This document shows, piece after piece, positions 1-3,860 of a DNA stretch of 8,291 nucleotides. The notes beneath the pieces were generated by a model. That model did not search any database and was not told the origin of the DNA. It saw only the letters and a program-made list of their open reading frames with translations. The stretch is from an archaeon (GTDB lineage: Archaea > Iainarchaeota > Iainarchaeia > Iainarchaeales > CSSED10-239), in the NCBI GenBank assembly GCA_037147375.1, contig JBAWVI010000041.1:1-8291 (forward strand). The letters are read 5' to 3'. Numbering within the stretch: the first letter of the stretch is position 1; each line of letters begins with the position of its first letter. The position numbers and the translations under genes were made by a program.

Positions 1-214
1 CTTCCTTTGGCTTATGTCCTTTCTCAATCTTTGCTAAAACATCTTTAAAATTATCTGATATTATCTTATTTCTTGATCTTGAGAGCTTTTCAAGAATTAT
101 TTTTAAATCATTACTTTTAGGAATGGATGAGAGTTTTAAGATTTCATCAATAAGTGCATTCTCTAATTTCTTTTTCTCAAGAGAAAAATAATATTTTTTT
201 AATAAATCTAACAT
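1..214 (-). CDS. T2SSF-domain (TadB/TadC, EpdJ/EpdK-like) platform protein, N-terminal part only; the gene runs off the left edge
   Basis: This ORF is absent from the supplied track because it is open to the window edge. Hand translation of the minus strand from the ATG at 214-212 stays open to base 1: MLDLLKKYYFSLEKKKLENALIDEILKLSSIPKSNDLKIILEKLSRSRNKIISDNFKDVLAKIEKGHKPKE. The frame is closed upstream by TAA at 262-260. A GGAG lies about 13 nt upstream of the ATG. The gene follows the preceding T2SSF gene after a 22-nt gap. The helical segment ending in the I-x-K-G-x-x-x-x-E pattern resembles the cytoplasmic bundle of T2SSF proteins. The family call is by eye only. Confidence 0.5.
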   Translation of the reverse strand, partial: MLDLLKKYYFSLEKKKLENALIDEILKLSSIPKSNDLKIILEKLSRSRNKIISDNFKDVLAKIEKGHKPKE

Positions 215-236
215 ATTTTCTTTCTTGCTCCAAAGA

Positions 237-980
237 TTATAAAGGATTATTTGATCTAATTACAAGCAACAACAACATATCAATTAATGGAAATAATACA
301 ATTGTAACAAAAACAATTGTGATTGGAGAGAAACTTAATTCTAGAAAATTACTTCCAACAAGTAAGAACATTAAAAACATTGATGGAATAATTGCTGAAA
401 AAACAATAAACAATAAGGTCAGAAGATTAAGCTTTGTTGAAAACCTTCTAACCATTTGTGTTTGATTTTCAAAGATTGTGTCTGATAAGGTCTTAAGTGA
501 ATATTCTTTATTTTTAACTCCTGAGTCCATAATATCTTCAATCTGATAGAAAACTCTCTCAAGCTCAGGATAGCTTGAGGACACAGAAAATAAAGCATCT
601 TGGAGATTAAAACCATGATTCTTAACAGAATATAAAGCTTCTTTAATTAACTTACCAATCTCTGTTTGATCACACCTTGATTCAAGTGCAATCTTTAATG
701 GTATGTTCTTTGAAAGATCTGTTGCAAGATTATTTAAGAAGAATGGAAGCTCTTGCTGTATCTTCTTTCTTTTTGTTTCAAGCACAATCTTTTTATTGAA
801 AAAGGTTATTGAAAAGAAAATAATAAATGAGAGAATGAAAATGTAAACTAGATTATCAAAAGATAAATCAAATAGATTATAATCAATTAAAAGATAAAGA
901 AGAAGCAAAGATAGAAAAAGAATTCCATAAAGAACTAGATTCTTTCTTGAAAAAGTTGTTTCAATTGTTTTTGAAAGCAT
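237..980 (-). CDS. Single-domain T2SSF family membrane platform protein (TadB/TadC or EpdJ/EpdK-like)
   Basis: ORF track, 247 aa. There are two N-terminal hydrophobic helices (LVLYGILFLSLLLLYLLI and LVYIFILSFIIFFSITFF). A soluble helical segment of about 120 aa follows (QELPFFLNNLATDLSKNIPLKIALES...LIKEALYSVKNHGFNLQDAL). Two C-terminal hydrophobic helices close the protein (LNLLTLLFIVFSAIIPSMFLMFLLV and ITIVFVTIVLFPLIDMLLLLVI). This is the topology of one T2SSF domain. The ATG at 980-978 directly abuts the TAA (983-981) of the ATPase gene, and AGGAG lies about 10 nt upstream inside the ATPase 3' end. Confidence 0.8.
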   Translation of the reverse strand: MLSKTIETTFSRKNLVLYGILFLSLLLLYLLIDYNLFDLSFDNLVYIFILSFIIFFSITFFNKKIVLETKRKKIQQELPFFLNNLATDLSKNIPLKIALESRCDQTEIGKLIKEALYSVKNHGFNLQDALFSVSSSYPELERVFYQIEDIMDSGVKNKEYSLKTLSDTIFENQTQMVRRFSTKLNLLTLLFIVFSAIIPSMFLMFLLVGSNFLELSFSPITIVFVTIVLFPLIDMLLLLVIRSNNPL

Positions 981-2855
981 TTATGGTTTACTCCTCTCGT
1001 TTAGAGATTCTGTAAAATAAGAAAGAACATCTGTTGGGGAGGGGGAGAGGTTTTTTCTAGTTTGGATGTCCAAGAAATATAACAACTTTTTATTTTGCTT
1101 TTTAAATAATTTATTTAATTCTGCATTTGTCTTGATTCCAAAAGCCATCCTAAACTTATCAAACAGCTTTTTTGGAGTTCCAACTCTTACAAGCTTTTCT
1201 TTATTTATATCAAACTCAAACAATTTGTTTAAGGTTGGTTTATTATTTTCAAAAACCACTTCACAAATTTCAGTAATATTTCTAAGATCAGATACTTTAC
1301 CTTTATTGTACTTATTATATCTTCTTTGAACAATAATTAAATCAATAACAGACAAATCATTTTCAATAACACCATAAGAAACTAATCTTAGAAGAGCTTC
1401 CTTTGCGTTTTGAGAATGAAAAGTGGTATATGTTCCTTTTGCTTGACCACAAAGCATAGAATCAATTATTGCTCTTGCTTCTTCTCTTGATCTAACTTCT
1501 CCAATAACCACTCTATCAGGTCTCATTCTAAGTGTATTAATTACAAGAGAATCAAGAGTAATTCCAAGATCTGAGTTTACAAGAGTAAATATCTTATGCT
1601 CGTGTGGAATATTTATTTCTCTAACTTCTTCAACCACAACAAACCTTTCATCAAATGGAACAAAAGATAAAAGTGTGTTAAGTGTAGTTGTTTTACCAGA
1701 ACCAGTGTTACCTACAACAAAAACATTTGAATCAGTTAAGAAAGCAAGAGATAAAAAAGAAAGAGCATAAATTGATAACGTGTTTCTTTTAATTAAATCC
1801 ACAATTGTAAATGGCTTTTCAGAAAACTTCCTAATTGTAACACACACGCTTTCTGTAATTGGAGAAATAATTGCATTCATTCTTGAAGCACCAATTGTAG
1901 CATCAAGAAGTGGATTTTTCAAAGTTATATATTTATTTGTTTCCCAGGATAGTTTATTAATTAAATCTTTAATTATCTTTGAAGATGTGTAAATTAGATT
2001 TGTTTCAAGCCATCCATAAGTTCTATGATACACAAAAACTGGTTTGTTTTCTCCAATTATTGAAATTTCTTCTAAACTATCATCTGCAAGCAATTTAGAG
2101 AGAGGCCCATAATCATAAAGATTGCTGTATGCAAGTAAAAGAATATAATTAAACTGATCAGACTCAAGTTCAATTTTTTCTCTATAACAATAATTAACTA
2201 AGGTTTCTTCAAGTTCTTCTTTTACAATTTCAGGAAGCTTATCTAGTTTACTTATTTTATCTTGCTTTTCTTTATCATCCTTAATATCAAATCTTTCTCT
2301 ATATTCATCTATAACTAAATTAATTATTTCAATTTCGTCTATTGAAAGAATAGATTCATCAATAAAATAATGCTTCTTTCCAAAATCATCTATGCATACG
2401 TTCTTTGATATGTTTCTTTTATTAAATTCAATTATTTTATATCCAAGATATTTATTAATAATTTCTAATTCTTCGTTTTTGCTTGTGTCTGTAACTAGTT
2501 CTAAGATATCAGGATTATTCTTTAAACAATACATGTTAAATGATTGATAAGAGCATAAATCACATTTTTGTGCCTTACTTTTCTTTAAAATAAGTGCATT
2601 ATTAGGGCAAGCTTCAATACATGCCTTGCATCCATTACATCTTGCTTGATCAATTGATACAACTCCTTTTGCAGAAAAATAGATTGCATTAGTTTTACAA
2701 GAATTTAAGCAAGGCGGATCTTCACAATTTTTACAATTAAAAATAATTATTGAATCTCTAGTTTTAAATTCATATGGACAATTAAGAAAAAGGTTTTTGT
2801 TTTTTCTCTTAGATAGTAGCTTAGATGTTTCTTCATTTTTAAATTTAATATACAT
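981..2855 (-). CDS. Type II/IV secretion / type IV filament assembly ATPase (FlaI/PilB/CpaF-VirB11 superfamily) with an N-terminal 4Fe-4S ferredoxin-like domain
   Basis: ORF track, 624 aa. ATPase core motifs are present:
- Walker A: VVGNTGSGKTTTLNTL (encoded around 1691-1717).
- Asp box: ERFVVVEEVREINIP.
- Walker B: LRMRPDRVVIGEVRSREEA.
- His box: KGTYTTFHSQ.
Upstream are blocks typical of the FlaI/GspE N-terminal domain (LEEISIIGENKPVFVYHRTYGWLETN, DATIGASRMNAI, VTIRKFSEKPFTIVDLI). The N-terminal region of about 110 aa is Cys-rich (see the separate feature). GTGAT lies 8 nt upstream of the ATG at 2855-2853. Confidence 0.9.
   Translation of the reverse strand: MYIKFKNEETSKLLSKRKNKNLFLNCPYEFKTRDSIIIFNCKNCEDPPCLNSCKTNAIYFSAKGVVSIDQARCNGCKACIEACPNNALILKKSKAQKCDLCSYQSFNMYCLKNNPDILELVTDTSKNEELEIINKYLGYKIIEFNKRNISKNVCIDDFGKKHYFIDESILSIDEIEIINLVIDEYRERFDIKDDKEKQDKISKLDKLPEIVKEELEETLVNYCYREKIELESDQFNYILLLAYSNLYDYGPLSKLLADDSLEEISIIGENKPVFVYHRTYGWLETNLIYTSSKIIKDLINKLSWETNKYITLKNPLLDATIGASRMNAIISPITESVCVTIRKFSEKPFTIVDLIKRNTLSIYALSFLSLAFLTDSNVFVVGNTGSGKTTTLNTLLSFVPFDERFVVVEEVREINIPHEHKIFTLVNSDLGITLDSLVINTLRMRPDRVVIGEVRSREEARAIIDSMLCGQAKGTYTTFHSQNAKEALLRLVSYGVIENDLSVIDLIIVQRRYNKYNKGKVSDLRNITEICEVVFENNKPTLNKLFEFDINKEKLVRVGTPKKLFDKFRMAFGIKTNAELNKLFKKQNKKLLYFLDIQTRKNLSPSPTDVLSYFTESLNERSKP
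2526..2780 (-). other. Cys-rich polyferredoxin-like module (residues ~26-110 of the ATPase ORF)
   Basis: Twelve Cys occur in about 85 aa. The groups are CKNCEDPPCLNSC followed by KTNAIYF (C-x2-C-x4-C-x3-C), CNGCKACIEACP (C-x2-C-x2-C-x3-C-P, the canonical 4Fe-4S motif), and KCDLC...YC. The spacing and flanking residues match DmsB/NrfC/PsrB-type 4Fe-4S dicluster domains as I remember them. Confidence 0.7.
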
Positions 2856-2856
2856 C

Positions 2857-2879
2857 TAGATATATCACAAATATATCTA
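2857..2879 (-). promoter_or_regulatory. Perfect 9-bp inverted repeat (TAGATATAT-cacaa-ATATATCTA) ending 1 nt before the ATPase start codon and overlapping its GTGAT ribosome-binding motif
   Basis: I checked the pairing base by base: 2857-2865 pairs with 2871-2879, with a 5-nt loop at 2866-2870. The SD-like GTGAT (minus strand, plus coordinates 2864-2868) spans the loop-stem junction. The stem has 8 A-T pairs and 1 G-C pair, so it is weak and partly expected in AT-rich DNA. It could equally be part of a TATA-like box for a leaderless transcript. Confidence 0.3.
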
Positions 2880-2959
2880 TAACTAATATTCTTAATATTC
2901 ATATTCATATAATTAAGAAATAATTAAACTAAAAGTAAAATCAAACTCAAAGCAAAAGC

Positions 2960-3754
2960 TTATGGGTTATTAATATCAAACACGTTTGCCATAGCATTGT
3001 AACTTGATTTAAACTTTTGATATAATTCTGAAAAGTTAGTTAACATAGTTGTGTTAAGTCTACCTTCAATCCCATTCATTGAATCGGATATACTTACATT
3101 AATATCATTTATCTTAGAATTAACAGACCCAAATTGAGTGTTTACGTTACTAAATTCATTCATAATATTATTATCAATATAATTTTGTACACCATATACT
3201 CTAGCATCAACTGAATTTATTCTTTCAGTTAAATTACTATCAAGGTCATTTAATCTTTGAACAAGTGCAACATATTGCTCTCTTTGTGATCTTGAAACCT
3301 CTACAATTAAATTAAGTCCTGTTGAAACGTGGAATGAAGAAGATACTTGTAATAATCTTGGAGTTCCATTTCTAATTACTGTACATCTAATATATTCTTC
3401 ATATATTCCTTCATTCTCTGGAGTAATAAATGAAACATAATAGTTTCCTGGAACAGTTGTTGAAATCATTTCTCTATCCACAAAGAAAAAAGATTTATCA
3501 GGATATAATAAAGACACAATACAATTTGCATCAGTTATTGATATTCCTTTTGAATCTTGCAGTCTAACAATTATCTGACCTTGCTCATTACTTATGTATT
3601 CAGTTCCTGATACCATCTTAAGATCTGATGCAACTCCTCTTCCTTTAAAGTAAAAGAAAAGGAACGTGCCTATAGCAAGAAGAAGGATTATACCTATTAC
3701 AAAGTATATTCTTTTATCACTTAGATTTTCTCGCATGTGGGATCTAAACATCAT
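2960..3754 (-). CDS. N-terminally membrane-anchored surface protein, short paralogue of the 643-aa repeat protein (2-Cys beta-rich domain plus about one degenerate repeat unit)
   Basis: ORF track, 264 aa. A basic stretch (SDKR) precedes a hydrophobic helix, IYFVIGIILLLAIGTFLFFYF. Residues ~47-143 align by eye with residues ~46-145 of the 643-aa protein. Shared blocks are TEY, IVRL-D--G, C-V--L-PDKS-F, GN-Y, G-YE, C, NGT and SSFH. The C-terminal part (INDINVSISDSMNGIEGRLNTTMLTNFSELY) resembles the 55-aa repeat of the larger gene. About five N-X-S/T sequons lie after the anchor. Confidence 0.75.
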   Translation of the reverse strand: MMFRSHMRENLSDKRIYFVIGIILLLAIGTFLFFYFKGRGVASDLKMVSGTEYISNEQGQIIVRLQDSKGISITDANCIVSLLYPDKSFFFVDREMISTTVPGNYYVSFITPENEGIYEEYIRCTVIRNGTPRLLQVSSSFHVSTGLNLIVEVSRSQREQYVALVQRLNDLDSNLTERINSVDARVYGVQNYIDNNIMNEFSNVNTQFGSVNSKINDINVSISDSMNGIEGRLNTTMLTNFSELYQKFKSSYNAMANVFDINNP

Positions 3755-3790
3755 TAGTTCAACTCAGGATATATTATATAGTTAATATAT

Positions 3791-3835
3791 AAAAACAAAA
3801 AGTATAAAAAACCAAGGGATTTGATGTTTATCCCT
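3791..3835 (-). terminator. Hairpin plus T-tract downstream of the 643-aa gene (candidate transcription terminator)
   Basis: The minus-strand RNA reads AGGGAU-AAACAUCAA-AUCCCU (plus-strand stems at 3830-3835 and 3815-3820, 9-nt loop). It is followed immediately by UGGUUUUUUAUACUUUUUGUUUUU (plus 3791-3814). The hairpin starts 25 nt after the TAA at 3863-3861. Oligo-T tracts are the known archaeal termination signal. The hairpin is short, with a 6-bp stem. Confidence 0.4.
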
Positions 3836-3860
3836 AAAGTTTCTTATAAAATCAATTTAC

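Noticed and set aside
154-465. 103-aa plus-strand ORF overlapping the T2SSF genes
   Set aside because: It lies antisense to two well-supported minus-strand genes and spans their junction. The product is low-complexity and Asn/Ile/Lys-rich, as expected for a shadow frame in AT-rich DNA. It has no recognisable motif or ribosome-binding site.
419-616. 65-aa minus-strand ORF in an alternative frame inside the 247-aa T2SSF gene
   Set aside because: It is fully nested in a different frame of a gene with a convincing membrane-protein topology. It is short and has no supporting signal.
1066-1329. 87-aa plus-strand ORF (and the similar 70-aa ORF at 1780-1992) inside the ATPase gene
   Set aside because: Both are antisense to the ATPase ORF, whose Walker and His-box motifs fix the true frame. 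Their products are Phe/Leu/Ser-rich shadows of an AT-rich coding strand.
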